Both the position numbers and the translations under genes were made by a program. From an uncultured Chloroflexia bacterium (lineage in GTDB: Bacteria > Chloroflexota > Chloroflexia > Thermomicrobiales > UBA6265), in NCBI GenBank assembly GCA_963724295.1, contig CAVRUC010000004.1, forward strand, positions 1 through 64,000: DNA of 64,000 bases, read 5' to 3'. The notes beneath the pieces are model-generated. The model worked only from the letters and a program-made list of their open reading frames with translations. It was not told the DNA's origin and ran no database searches. This document shows positions 39,391-49,797 of the stretch, piece by piece. Numbering within the stretch: the stretch's first letter is position 1; each line of letters opens with the position of its first letter.

Positions 39391-40461
39391 GTGAGGCGCA
39401 CCTTCATCGATCTCGAATCAGAGCCTGCCGAACTGCTGCGTCAACTCGGCAAAGACGACAGGCTCGTTCCTTACGGCGGTGCGAACTTCGGTATGCCGCT
39501 CGATCTCATCGAACCCGCTCAGGACCGACTCGTTCCCAACGACCGGTTCTTTGTCCGCTCCAACGGACCGGTCCCCGCCATCGATCCACAGACGTGGCGG
39601 CTCGACGTCACTGGCGCCGTGGCCCGGCCGTGCTCCCTCTCACTCGACGACCTGCAACGCCTCGACTCGAGCCGGATCGAGGCATTTCTCGAATGTGCGG
39701 GGAACGGACGCACCCGCTTCGACCCGCTTCCACCCGGAACCCCATGGCGCAACGATGCCGTCGGGAACGCCGTCTGGGAGGGGGTGCCACTGAACAGGGT
39801 GCTGGATCTGGCCAGCGTCCAGCCAGGAACCGTCGACGTCGTCACCCAGGGCGCCGACTTTCCGGAGATGCGCCGCGGTCTACCGCTGGCCGTTGCTCGC
39901 GATCCGGGGGTGCTGGTCGTCTGGGCAATGAATGGCGAGCCATTACCGATCGCCCACGGCGGTCCGGTGCGATTACTGGTGCCGGGTTGGGCCGGAATCG
40001 CCTCGACCAAATGGCTGGTCGGGATCGAAGCGATCGACCGCGCCTTCGACGGATTCTGGAATACCGACAACTACGTTTTCTGGGATGAGCGCGACGACCC
40101 GCTGCGCCCGGTGGCCGAGATGCCTCCGAAGTCCGTGATCGTCGCTCCCGCCGACGGCGAGACAATCTCGCCGGGGCCCCTTCGGATCTCCGGCTGGGCA
40201 TGGTCGGGCTTCGCTCCCGTCCGGACCGTCGAGGTCAGCACCGATGCCGGCCATTGCTGGCAGGTCGCCGATCTTCATCCCGGCGAGCGCCGTGGCTGGC
40301 GACGCTGGGACCTGGTCTGGGACGCGCCTCCGGGTCGGCATCGCCTTCAGGCACGCGCCACCGACGAGCGGCGCCTGAGCCAGCCGGTCGTCGCACCGTG
40401 GAACGCCAAGGGGTACCTGATGAACGCGATCCACGAAGTCGTGATCGGGGTGGAGTCCTGA
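39391..40461 (+). CDS. Sulfite oxidase-family molybdoenzyme
   Basis: FFVRSN, LECAGNGR, MNGEPLPIAHGGPVRLLVPGW, WNAKGYLMN. Confidence 0.92.
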   Translation: MRRTFIDLESEPAELLRQLGKDDRLVPYGGANFGMPLDLIEPAQDRLVPNDRFFVRSNGPVPAIDPQTWRLDVTGAVARPCSLSLDDLQRLDSSRIEAFLECAGNGRTRFDPLPPGTPWRNDAVGNAVWEGVPLNRVLDLASVQPGTVDVVTQGADFPEMRRGLPLAVARDPGVLVVWAMNGEPLPIAHGGPVRLLVPGWAGIASTKWLVGIEAIDRAFDGFWNTDNYVFWDERDDPLRPVAEMPPKSVIVAPADGETISPGPLRISGWAWSGFAPVRTVEVSTDAGHCWQVADLHPGERRGWRRWDLVWDAPPGRHRLQARATDERRLSQPVVAPWNAKGYLMNAIHEVVIGVES

Positions 40462-40464
40462 GCG

Positions 40465-40884
40465 ATGGGGACCATTCATGAGCTGCCCGCGGAGGGAATC
40501 GAAGCGCTGCTGCGAACCGCGATCGTGGGTCGGATCGCCTGCTGCGGGCACGGTCTGACCGGGAACGGCCGACCCTACCTCGTTCCTCTCGCCTACGGCT
40601 ATGACGGCGATGCCGTCTACGCGCACTCCGGACCCGGGCGCAAGCTCGACCTGATGCGCTCCGAGCCGCGGGTCACCTTCGAGGTCGACGAAGCCGAAGC
40701 GTCTGACCGCTGGCGCAGCGTGATCGCCGAGGGGACCTTCGAGGAGATCGACGACCCCGGGCAACGCGACGCCGCTCTCGCCGTGATCTACGGTCCATCC
40801 GGCATCCCGAGCCTGGGGGCTCAGACGGTGGTCTTCCGCATTCGGTTGACATCGCGCTCCGGCCGCTACGAGACACCAGATTGA
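40465..40884 (+). CDS. Pyridoxamine 5'-phosphate oxidase-like flavin-binding protein
   Basis: PYLVPLAY, HSGPGRK, VTFEVD, WRSVIAEG. Confidence 0.88.
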   Translation: MGTIHELPAEGIEALLRTAIVGRIACCGHGLTGNGRPYLVPLAYGYDGDAVYAHSGPGRKLDLMRSEPRVTFEVDEAEASDRWRSVIAEGTFEEIDDPGQRDAALAVIYGPSGIPSLGAQTVVFRIRLTSRSGRYETPD

Positions 40885-40982
40885 CCATCGCTCCGCATTT
40901 CGCTTGTCATTTCGACGTAGTGCGTGCAACGCGAGTCACGTCGACGTCGAACACCTTGAACTTGAAGGAAAGCAAAGTACAA

Positions 40983-41798
40983 ATGGCCGAAAACTGGTTG
41001 ACTGAGCTGACCGGGGCAAAGAAGCCGATCATCGGTATGGCTCACCTTCCCGCGTTGCCCGGCACGCCGCTGTATGACAGCGCCGCCGGCATGAGCCACG
41101 TGCGCGACTGGGTCGCCCGCGATCTGGCGGCGCTACAGGGCGGCGGCATCGACGCGGTCATGTTCTGCAACGAGAACGACCGCCCCTACCGGCTCGACGC
41201 CGACGTCGCCTCGGTCGCGGCCATGACCGACGTCGTCGCCTGCCTGCGCGGCGAGCTCTCCGTACCGTTTGGCGTCAACGTTCTCTGGGATCCCAGGGCG
41301 ACACTGGCCGTGGCCGCCGCGACGGGAGCAGCCTTCGCCCGCGAGATCTTCACCGGCGCCTTCGCCGGCGATTTTGGGCTCTGGGTGCGCTCGGCAGGCG
41401 ACACCTTCCGTTACCGGCGCGAGGTCAGTGTCGAGGGTTGCCGCCTCCTCTTCAACATCAACGCCGAGTTCGCCGCCCCGCTCGCGCCGCGGCCCCTCGC
41501 CGACGTGGCTCGCTCTGTGGTCTTCTCCTCGATGCCCGACGCCCTGTGCGTTTCAGGACCGATCACCGGTCAGCCGGCCGACGCCTCCGGTCTGGCCGAC
41601 GTCGCCCAGGCAGTCAGCGGATCCGGCGTCCCGGTCCTGGTCAACACCGGGTTCCGGGCTTCGAATGCCACGGAGTTGCTCCAGTTCGCCGACGGGGCGA
41701 TTGTCGGCTCGAGTCTGAAGACGGACGGCGTCACTTGGAATCCGGTCGATCGAGCCCGTGTCCGCGAGCTGATGGACGTCGTCCGTGACGTGCGGTAG
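40983..41798 (+). CDS. BtpA/SgcQ family TIM-barrel protein
   Basis: IGMAHLPALPGTP, FCNENDRPY, PFGVNVLWD, ADGAIVGSSLK. Confidence 0.93.
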   Translation: MAENWLTELTGAKKPIIGMAHLPALPGTPLYDSAAGMSHVRDWVARDLAALQGGGIDAVMFCNENDRPYRLDADVASVAAMTDVVACLRGELSVPFGVNVLWDPRATLAVAAATGAAFAREIFTGAFAGDFGLWVRSAGDTFRYRREVSVEGCRLLFNINAEFAAPLAPRPLADVARSVVFSSMPDALCVSGPITGQPADASGLADVAQAVSGSGVPVLVNTGFRASNATELLQFADGAIVGSSLKTDGVTWNPVDRARVRELMDVVRDVR

Positions 41799-41948
41799 CA
41801 AAGCGGCATACTAATTGCGAGTCACGATTTACCTGACATTGTGGGTTTCGGTGACTTGACGGGTTCATCAACCCGTAGGAGGATGCCGGGAACGCAGTGG
41901 ACCAGGCAAAGCCGCCTGGCGACATCGCCATCGCAAGGAGTTGTCAGA

Positions 41949-43388
41949 GTGCAAAACGACGCGAGTTCCCCCGTTACCCGCCTGCTGGCCGAGAGTCTTA
42001 GCGGTCAGCTCTCTCGCCGTGACATCCTCAAGCGCGCGGGCGCCCTGGGCCTCAGCGCGCCACTGGTCGGAGTCATGCTCTCGGCACACGAGCATGTCGC
42101 CGCCGCCCAGGACGCCTCGCCGGTCGCCGACGAGCCGGGATCCACCATCGTCGTGCCAGAAGGTCTTCCCACAGACCTTGCTGGGGCCTCTATTAGTATC
42201 ATCTTCGGTGCTGATGGCCCCTCCACCCCATGGGAAGAAGCTGCGATCGCAAAATTCACCGAAGCCACTGGGATTGAGGTCGCACTCACGGTCGGTCCAA
42301 CGTCGGCGACCGAGCGACTGGCTCAGTTGCAGCAATTCTTTGCCGCCCAGGCCTCGGACGTCGACGCCATGATGATCGATGTCATCTGGCCGGGTATTCT
42401 TGCCACTCACGCCGTCGATCTCAGTGAGGCTATCGGCTGGCAGGGCGCCGAGTACTTCGAGCGCATCGTCAACAACAACACCATCGGCGACAAACTGGTC
42501 GCCATCCCGTGGTACACGGATGCCGGCATTCTCTACTACCGCACCGATTTGCTCGAGAAACACGGGTTCGAAGCGCCGCCGGAGACCTGGGCCGAGCTCG
42601 AAGAGATGGCGACCGCCATCCAGGAAGCCGAACGCGCCGAAAACCCGGACTTCTTCGGCTTCGTTTGGCAGGGCGCGGCCTATGAAGGTCTAACCTGCGA
42701 CGCGCTGGAATGGCAGGTTTCCAACGGTGGCGGCGTCATTGTCGAAGAGGATCTGACCGTCAGCGTCAACAATCCGCAAGCGATCGCGGCGTTCGAGCGC
42801 GCCAGGGGCTGGGTCGGCACCATCTCGCCGGACGGCGTCACATCGTACGACGAGGAGGCCGCGCGCGGCGTCTGGCAAGCGGGCAACGCTGCCTTCATGC
42901 GCAACTGGCCGTATGCCTACGCGCCCGGGCAGGACGAGGGCTCGGTCATCAAGGACAAATTCGCCATCACGCTGGTGCCGATGGGCGAGGGCGAGGGCGC
43001 GCAGCACGCTGATGCCCTGGGTGGCTGGCAGGTGATGGTCTCTGCCTATTCGCAGAATCAGCCGGCGGCAATCGCCTGGGCGCAGTACCTTACGTCGCGC
43101 GAGCTGCAGAAATCCTACGCCGTCGAGCTGAGCCGCCTGCCAACGATCGTCGATCTGTACGATGACGCCGACGTGCTGGAGGCAAATCCGTTCTTCGCGC
43201 AGCTCAAGGATGTCTTCCTCGGCGGCGCCGTGCCCCGCCCGTCGAGCCAGACCGCCGATCTCTACAACCAGGTCTCCACGGCCTACTTCACGGCTGTCAA
43301 CGAGATTCTCACCGGTCAGGCCGCTGATGCGGCGGCCCGCGTGGCCCAGCTCGCGGAGGAGCTCGAGGGAATCGTCGCCCAGCTATAA
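41949..43388 (+). CDS. Sugar ABC substrate-binding protein (trehalose/maltose-like), Tat signal
   Basis: LSRRDIL, DVIWPG, YEGLTCD, FMRNWPYAY, LGGWQ. Confidence 0.92.
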   Translation: MQNDASSPVTRLLAESLSGQLSRRDILKRAGALGLSAPLVGVMLSAHEHVAAAQDASPVADEPGSTIVVPEGLPTDLAGASISIIFGADGPSTPWEEAAIAKFTEATGIEVALTVGPTSATERLAQLQQFFAAQASDVDAMMIDVIWPGILATHAVDLSEAIGWQGAEYFERIVNNNTIGDKLVAIPWYTDAGILYYRTDLLEKHGFEAPPETWAELEEMATAIQEAERAENPDFFGFVWQGAAYEGLTCDALEWQVSNGGGVIVEEDLTVSVNNPQAIAAFERARGWVGTISPDGVTSYDEEAARGVWQAGNAAFMRNWPYAYAPGQDEGSVIKDKFAITLVPMGEGEGAQHADALGGWQVMVSAYSQNQPAAIAWAQYLTSRELQKSYAVELSRLPTIVDLYDDADVLEANPFFAQLKDVFLGGAVPRPSSQTADLYNQVSTAYFTAVNEILTGQAADAAARVAQLAEELEGIVAQL

Positions 43389-43405
43389 GGCTTGGCAGAA
43401 AATGA

Positions 43406-43442
43406 CGGGTGCCGGCTAGGGTTTCGACCCAGCCGACACCCG
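43406..43442 (+). promoter_or_regulatory. Intercistronic hairpin after the binding-protein gene
   Basis: CGGGTGCCGGCTAGGGT-TTCG-ACCCAGCCGACACCCG imperfect stem. Confidence 0.5.
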
Positions 43443-43459
43443 CACACCTGGGAGCCACG

Positions 43460-44410
43460 ATGAGCTATCAAGCCGACGTCGCGCCCCTACCTGAACTAGC
43501 CACCAAGTCGAGGGCCTGGCAAGCGCCGGAAGGCTCCCTTGGCAAAAGCCGCGAGCGACTTGCGTGGCTGCTCGTGGCTCCAAGCCTCCTCGTAGTGGCG
43601 CTCGTCGCGCTTTACCCGCTTTACGAGACTTTCCGCCTCAGCTTTACGAATACTCGGCTGGCCAGCGCCCGCTTGCCCAGAAGTGTCGGGCTGGACAACT
43701 ACCAGAGCCTGCTCACCGAAGGGGCATTTCGCGATGCGCTCTCACACACGATTGTCTTCACCGTTGTCTCAGTCACGCTCGAGACCCTGCTCGGACTCGC
43801 CATCGCGTTAGTCATCCACTCCAATTTCCGCGGCCGTGGCGGCGTGCGCACTGCTATGCTCGTGCCCTGGGCAATCCCGACGGTAGTCTCGGCGTCGATG
43901 TGGCAGTGGATGTATCACGATGTATTCGGAGTGGTCAACGATATTCTCGTCTACCGGCTGCATCTCCTTGATACGAAGGTCGCTTGGCTGGCAAGTCCAG
44001 CGACGGCACTGCCGGCGATCATTGCCGTCGATGTTTGGAAAACAACCCCATTTATGGCGCTTCTCCTGCTTGCAGGTCTGCAGCTCATCCCCGGCGATGT
44101 CTATGAAGCCTCGACCGTCGATGGCGCTTCGAAAATTCAGCAGTTCTTTCAAATCACCCTGCCGCTCCTAAAACCTGCGCTCCTCGTAGCGTTGATCTTT
44201 CGCACGCTTGACGCGTTCCGGGTCTTCGACGTGGTCTACGTCATGAAGCAGTTTGCGTCGGAGACCATGACAGTCGCCGTCTACGCCAGGCAGCAACTCA
44301 TCGATCTTCAGTTGCTTGGGCGCGGGTCAGCCGCCGCGGTCATCATCTTCCTCTGCATTTTCAGCTTTGTCATCCTCTACACGCGGCTCATAAGGGTGGA
44401 GGAGGTATAG
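43460..44410 (+). CDS. Sugar ABC permease (MalF-like)
   Basis: WKTTPFMALLLLAGLQ, YEASTVDGA, ITLPLLKP. Confidence 0.93.
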   Translation: MSYQADVAPLPELATKSRAWQAPEGSLGKSRERLAWLLVAPSLLVVALVALYPLYETFRLSFTNTRLASARLPRSVGLDNYQSLLTEGAFRDALSHTIVFTVVSVTLETLLGLAIALVIHSNFRGRGGVRTAMLVPWAIPTVVSASMWQWMYHDVFGVVNDILVYRLHLLDTKVAWLASPATALPAIIAVDVWKTTPFMALLLLAGLQLIPGDVYEASTVDGASKIQQFFQITLPLLKPALLVALIFRTLDAFRVFDVVYVMKQFASETMTVAVYARQQLIDLQLLGRGSAAAVIIFLCIFSFVILYTRLIRVEEV

Positions 44411-44412
44411 CG

Positions 44413-45351
44413 GTGGCCAGCACAACGTTGACCGCTGGGCAAGCACGGCTGCCCGTCGAGCGCATCGAAGGCCTGGTGATCCCGAAGCGAAAATTCCCGA
44501 TTGGTCATATCATCGGCAGGATTCTCTTCTGGATCCTCATCGTCTTTATCCTCTTTTACACCCTCTTCCCGTTCTACTGGGCAGTCGTTTCTTCACTCAC
44601 GCTCGATAGCCAGCTCTTCAACACTCCAGCGTCGTATTGGCCAAGAGAGATCGATTTGAGCCATTACCAGTTCGTCCTGCGAAACAACGACTTCATCCGA
44701 GCGTTTCAAAACTCCGTGGTTGTGTCAGTCGGAACGGTCGCAATCTCGCTCCTTATCGGATCTTTTGCTGCGTACGCGCTTGGTCGAATGCAGTTCCGAG
44801 GACGGACCGCCATCCTCTACATCGTGCTATCGATGACGATGTTTCCAAGTGTTGCGATCCTGGGCTCACTTTTCCTCATGATCAGGGGTGACTGGTTCCT
44901 GCCCACGCCCAATCTCTACAACACCCGCATCGCACTCGTCATCACCTATCTCATCTTCACCCTGCCGTTCACGGTCTGGGTGATGACGCAGTTCTTCAAG
45001 GCGATGCCGGGAGAGCTGGAAGAAGCGGCCCTCGTCGATGGAGCCGGACCGATGCGAGTCTTCTGGCAGATCCTGTTGCCTTTGGCACTTCCAGGCCTCG
45101 TGACAACCGGCTTGCTCGCTTTCATCGCGGCTTGGAACGAGTTCCTATTCGCACTGACGTTCACCACCGATTACGATGCTCGTACCGTCCAAGTCGCGAT
45201 TTCACAGTTCTCGGGCCGACAGCAGCAAGAATTGCCGTACGCGAACCGCATGGCGGCATCGGTGCTCGTCACATTGCCACTCATCGCCCTGGTTCTCATC
45301 TTCCAGCGCAAGATCCTGGCAGGGCTGACCGCCGGCGCGGTCAAGGGGTAG
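44413..45351 (+). CDS. Sugar ABC permease (MalG-like)
   Basis: LEEAALVDGA, WNEFLFAL, GLTAGAVKG. Confidence 0.94.
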   Translation: MASTTLTAGQARLPVERIEGLVIPKRKFPIGHIIGRILFWILIVFILFYTLFPFYWAVVSSLTLDSQLFNTPASYWPREIDLSHYQFVLRNNDFIRAFQNSVVVSVGTVAISLLIGSFAAYALGRMQFRGRTAILYIVLSMTMFPSVAILGSLFLMIRGDWFLPTPNLYNTRIALVITYLIFTLPFTVWVMTQFFKAMPGELEEAALVDGAGPMRVFWQILLPLALPGLVTTGLLAFIAAWNEFLFALTFTTDYDARTVQVAISQFSGRQQQELPYANRMAASVLVTLPLIALVLIFQRKILAGLTAGAVKG

Positions 45352-45389
45352 CGGGCTATCGGCTACTGGTCTTGTCTCGTACCGATTTG

Positions 45390-45510
45390 CCCTCACCCCC
45401 AACCCCTCTCCCAGTGCGCTGGGAGAGGGGCTACTCGTGTATCACCAAGCCAACCTCCCTTCTCCCGGCTCCGAGGGGGCTAGGGGAAGAGAAGGTCGGG
45501 GATGAGGGGC
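45390..45510. repeat. REP/REPIN-like palindromic element between convergent genes
   Basis: CCCTCACCCCCAACCCCTCTCCCAG-TGCG-CTGGGAGAGGGG hairpin and inverted end GGGGATGAGGGG. Confidence 0.65.
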
Positions 45511-45519
45511 AGTCACCCA

Positions 45520-46272
45520 TCACCCCACCAGGTTCTTTGGCACGAACAGACTCTGACACGCCGAATGAGCCATGGCGACGTGGCGAGTGCCGTTGTCGAC
45601 ACAGATCGCGGCATGCCCCGGGAGCAGCGCGTCGAACTCGAGCCGGGCCAGCTTGGCGATGCTCGCCGCTGATTTCTGGATCGAACAGTCGTGGATGTTC
45701 TGCAGAACCACGCGGCCGCCGCTGAACACCGCATCCCCCGCGAAGAGGTATCGGCGCTCCCGGCCGCGGAGTAGGAGCGAGACGTGGCCGTCACAATGCC
45801 CCGGAGTCTCGAAGACCTCCAGCTCGAGACTCCCGACCGGGATGCGATCTCCCTCCCGCACCTCGCGCGCGACTTCGACTGGCTGGAAGCGGTAGTCCGC
45901 GGCGTAGAACCCGGCCGCCTTGGCCACGTCGAGCGCGACCGCTCGCTCATCTCCCGTGCGCAGGGCCGGCGCGGCGTCGACAGGCGCCACCACCTCGACC
46001 CCGAGCCGCTCCCGGAAGCGCGCGGCGCCGCCGGCATGATCCATGTGGTAGTGGGTCAGGATCACCTTCGTAATCCTCCCCGGATCGAGACCCTCGGCGC
46101 GCACGTTACCCAGGATCCGCTCCAGTGAGTCGCCCGAGGCCATGCCGCAATCGATCAGCGCCAGCTCGTCGCCGCCGTCCACCAGGTAGATGTGGCAGTC
46201 GGGGTCATTGGAAAGCCCGAAGGCATTGGCAACCCCTCCTCCCACGATATAGACCTCATCCGAGATACGCAC
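45520..46272 (-). CDS. MBL-fold metallo-hydrolase
   Basis: THYHMDHAGG, TPGHCDGH, FAGD, LLPGH. Confidence 0.92.
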   Translation of the reverse strand: MRISDEVYIVGGGVANAFGLSNDPDCHIYLVDGGDELALIDCGMASGDSLERILGNVRAEGLDPGRITKVILTHYHMDHAGGAARFRERLGVEVVAPVDAAPALRTGDERAVALDVAKAAGFYAADYRFQPVEVAREVREGDRIPVGSLELEVFETPGHCDGHVSLLLRGRERRYLFAGDAVFSGGRVVLQNIHDCSIQKSAASIAKLARLEFDALLPGHAAICVDNGTRHVAMAHSACQSLFVPKNLVG

Positions 46273-46371
46273 CGTCTCATCATCCTCCCCGTCCTCATCG
46301 AGGCGCGTTGACAGGGTAGTCCGATCCTCCGTAGGATGGCGTCTATCCTAAGGGAGATGGGAGGAGGAGTG

Positions 46372-46878
46372 ATGACCGCCAGGGAGACCCCGGCCGGCGA
46401 GGAATGGCGCGGCAAGGTCGGCAAGTTGAGCGAGGAAGAGCTGGACGCGTTCCTCGCGGGTGGCAATGTCGCCCGGCTCGGCTGCCTCGATCCAGAAGGC
46501 TGGCCCTACGTCGTCCCCACCTGGTATCAGTGGGCGGACGGTGGGTTTTACATCATTCCCCGCGCCCGTTCGGCATGGGCAAAGTACATGGCCGGGGATG
46601 GACGCGTCTCGATCTCGATCGATTCGCCAGATCCTCCATACGTCAAGGTACAGACTCAGGGCCAGGCGCAAGTGATCGAGGAGCCGAACGTCGGTGGGCG
46701 CTGGGTCGAGATCGCCAACGAGATGTCGCTGCGGTACCTCGGTGAAGATGGGCCCAAATATCTCGTCCCCACCCTCAACGAGCCACGCTGGCTCTTTTTT
46801 GTCAAGCCGAAGAAGATCTACTCCTGGCAGGGCACTGACTGGGCTCGCCGCTACAAGCACAGCGAATGGGGAACGTAG
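46372..46878 (+). CDS. PNPOx-like split-barrel flavin/F420-binding protein
   Basis: ARLGCLDPEGWPYVVPTWY, DGRVSISID. Confidence 0.85.
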   Translation: MTARETPAGEEWRGKVGKLSEEELDAFLAGGNVARLGCLDPEGWPYVVPTWYQWADGGFYIIPRARSAWAKYMAGDGRVSISIDSPDPPYVKVQTQGQAQVIEEPNVGGRWVEIANEMSLRYLGEDGPKYLVPTLNEPRWLFFVKPKKIYSWQGTDWARRYKHSEWGT

Positions 46879-47603
46879 GCGCCCAGGCACCTCCGGGCCC
46901 CCAGGCGATCGAGTGGAATCTGCCGTGGGGGCCGGTGTTGCGCGGATTTCGCTGGGGCGATGGACCAGATGTCGCGCTCCTGCTGCACGAACCCGGCGCG
47001 GACCTCGATGCCTGGGGGGCATTGCCAGTTGAAATCGCACGCCAGCTCGAGATCGAGACGGTCGCCGTCGACCTTCCCGGGCATGGTCTGTCCGACGATC
47101 CCTGGGAACCGGGGCGGCTGCCCGATCTCCTGCGCGACCTGCCCGAAATCGCACCTGCCGCTGGACTCCGATTTCTCATCGCGGCGGGCGACTCGGCCAG
47201 CGCCGCACTCGAGCTCGCTCCCGCGATCGAGCTGTCTTGCTTGATCTGTCTCTCGCCGCAGATTCCAGGTGATGGCTGGCGTCCCCCACGTTCACCACGC
47301 GTTCCCAAGCTCTGCGTGGCCGGATCGCTGGCTGGGAGCGATCTTGACGACGCCCGCCGGCTGGCCACGGCGTCTGGCGGCTGGGCGGTCGTGACCTCAT
47401 ATCCGGTCACCGAGCGGGGAACGCAACTCCTGGCCTCTCCATGGGGCGGTCACCTCGTCGAGGAGATCGTGGCTTTCCTCCGCGACTGCCAGCGGCGCCC
47501 GCCTCATGCACGTCTCGTGACCGATCGAACCAGACCAGGATTCCCGTCCGCGCCACCCGGACATTCCACGTCTCCTGTCTCCGACAGGCCGGGTACTCGC
47601 TGA
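46866..47603 (+). CDS. Alpha/beta-hydrolase-fold protein with degenerate catalytic motifs
   Basis: LLLHEPG, VDLPGHGLSD; no GxSxG. Confidence 0.65.
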   Translation: MGNVGAQAPPGPQAIEWNLPWGPVLRGFRWGDGPDVALLLHEPGADLDAWGALPVEIARQLEIETVAVDLPGHGLSDDPWEPGRLPDLLRDLPEIAPAAGLRFLIAAGDSASAALELAPAIELSCLICLSPQIPGDGWRPPRSPRVPKLCVAGSLAGSDLDDARRLATASGGWAVVTSYPVTERGTQLLASPWGGHLVEEIVAFLRDCQRRPPHARLVTDRTRPGFPSAPPGHSTSPVSDRPGTR

Positions 47604-47641
47604 GGAAGTGGCGGTTAGGTGGTGAAGGCGTTCGAGGCGGG

Positions 47642-49642
47642 CTAGATATCCTCGGGGCGGCTGACATCATCCGAATCGTCTTCACCACGGGCGCCATTCT
47701 CAGTCCGGGAACGTCGCTCGACGAGCTCGGCGTCGATGATCTCGTCCAGGGCTGGCCCGTCGATTTCCCGTGGCAACCCGGCCGGAGCCGACCCCGCCAA
47801 GGCGGCTGCCCCCTCGCCGGGTGCGAGCCGTGGCTCGCCGCCGATGCGGTGGCGTAGCGTGCGCATATCGTTATCGACTGCTGTCAGCTGCGTGTGCATC
47901 TGCCCCAGATGCTCGAACTGGGAGCGCACGAACCGCGTATAGGGGGAGATCGCCTCCCGCACCCGGTCCATCGACCGCGCCAGCTCGTGCTCGAACTGCT
48001 CGCGCATGACCTCGATCAAGCGCTGCTCGAGCTCCTCCGCCTTGGCGTGGAAATCACGCTTGGCCTGACGGCGCTTGTTCGGCAGCACGAACAACCCGAG
48101 TCCGGCGAGGAGACTCGCCGCCAGGATGCCGGTGACGTCGACCGCGACGGTGCTGGCTGCCGCAACGACCAGAGCCCCCAACCCGACCGCCCCCGCCTCC
48201 GCGACCGCGACAGTGGCCACCGCGTTGCGCACGGAGTCGGCCAGCTCGTTCGCCTCGGCGTCGAGATCGTAGCGGTCGACCTCCTCCTGTGTTCGCCGGG
48301 CCACCGATTCCAGGAGTGCCCTGCGGTCGTAGCGGAACTGCCCGCCCACTTCGCCGATGAGTCCCTCTTCGTACTGAGTCAGCCGGCGCCGGTCGATGTA
48401 GTCGGTGACGCTCTTCCAGATCTTGAGGTCCTGATCGACCATCCAGTCGATCAGCTCGTCGACGACGGCGTCGATCTGTTGCTCGGTGCCCGACACGACC
48501 TGCCGCTCGAACTCGCCCCGGATCTTGTCCTTGTTCAGCAGGTCGAAGACCCGTCCCAAGCGGATCGTCTCCTCGAAAAAAGCATCACCCCGCTGCAGCA
48601 TGCGCGCGATGATGTTCTCGACCCGGGTCAGGTGGTAGGTGAACTGCCGCCGCATATCCTCCTGGTAGGCGATCAACTGCCGGTCGATGTTGTCTATCGT
48701 CGCCAGATCGTCGCGCAGTACCGCCAGCCGCTCGTCCGTCACCTGCAGATACTTCTCCGTGATCCGCTCGCCAACTCCCAGCGGACTCAGCAATTTGAGG
48801 CGGATGCGCCCCTCCTGATCGAGGGTCGCGAAGATGTATGCCTCGAGCGATCCGAACCGGCTTGCCTCCCAGAGTCGCGCTCGCTCCTCCGGATTGCGCT
48901 CGCCGAGCGCCTTCGCCTGTTGTGCCAGCAGGGCTGAAACGGGGAACACATCAGGACTGAAGCCGAGCAGACGCTCGATGTTCTCACCGACGAACTCGGT
49001 CACCTCAGCGACGGCTGTTTCGTCTCGGAGGAGATCGACCTTGTTGATGACGACGACGATCTTCTTGCCCCAGTCGCGAATCGACTCCATGAATGCCCGT
49101 TCACTCTCGGTGAATGGGCGGTCCGCGGAGGTGACGAAGAGGACCAGGTCGGAGCGCGGCACGAACTGCTGCGTCAGCTGCTCGTGCTCCCGAATGATGG
49201 CGTTGGTCCCCGGCGTATCGACGATCGTGATCTCGTCCAGGAACTGCGCGGGGTACTCGCGCGCGATCACCCCGTCCGCTTGCATGGTCACCGCCGGTTC
49301 GGTTCCGTAGCGCAACAGGTTGATGACCGAGGTGGTCGGTGTCACACCCTCCGGCATGACCTCGGCCCCGACGAGGGCGTTGATGAACGCGGACTTGCCG
49401 GCGTTGAACTCGCCGACGATCACCAGCAGGAAGAGCGCGACGAGGTGCTCCGCCGCGCGTTTGACGGCGCCCTGGTCCTCCTCGGCCGCGGGGTAGCGAG
49501 CGAGGGCGTCGGAAAGCCGATCGAGCAACACCAGCTCGTCTTCAACCAGCTTTTGCTCTTGACCCGTGAGGAGCGCCCCCGCCACCGGCACCTGACCGTC
49601 GCGGCGGGCGCGTCCCGGAAGTTGAAACACACGTCGGCTCAT
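47642..49642 (-). CDS. Bacterial dynamin-like GTPase
   Basis: GEFNAGKS, GVTPTT, DTPG, NKVD; helical stalk and C-terminal hydrophobic segment. Confidence 0.9.
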   Translation of the reverse strand: MSRRVFQLPGRARRDGQVPVAGALLTGQEQKLVEDELVLLDRLSDALARYPAAEEDQGAVKRAAEHLVALFLLVIVGEFNAGKSAFINALVGAEVMPEGVTPTTSVINLLRYGTEPAVTMQADGVIAREYPAQFLDEITIVDTPGTNAIIREHEQLTQQFVPRSDLVLFVTSADRPFTESERAFMESIRDWGKKIVVVINKVDLLRDETAVAEVTEFVGENIERLLGFSPDVFPVSALLAQQAKALGERNPEERARLWEASRFGSLEAYIFATLDQEGRIRLKLLSPLGVGERITEKYLQVTDERLAVLRDDLATIDNIDRQLIAYQEDMRRQFTYHLTRVENIIARMLQRGDAFFEETIRLGRVFDLLNKDKIRGEFERQVVSGTEQQIDAVVDELIDWMVDQDLKIWKSVTDYIDRRRLTQYEEGLIGEVGGQFRYDRRALLESVARRTQEEVDRYDLDAEANELADSVRNAVATVAVAEAGAVGLGALVVAAASTVAVDVTGILAASLLAGLGLFVLPNKRRQAKRDFHAKAEELEQRLIEVMREQFEHELARSMDRVREAISPYTRFVRSQFEHLGQMHTQLTAVDNDMRTLRHRIGGEPRLAPGEGAAALAGSAPAGLPREIDGPALDEIIDAELVERRSRTENGARGEDDSDDVSRPEDI

Positions 49643-49797
49643 CTGACTCCCATCATCCTCCGCACCAGGGCGGTATCAGCCGGCCCCGTAGTCGCGAAGT
49701 CGCACGGAGCATGGAGGATTGGCGCCATTCTGACAAGCAATCTCGACGCCGAAGGTGACAATTGGTCGCGGAACGAGATCCACGAGCCCGGCATGAG

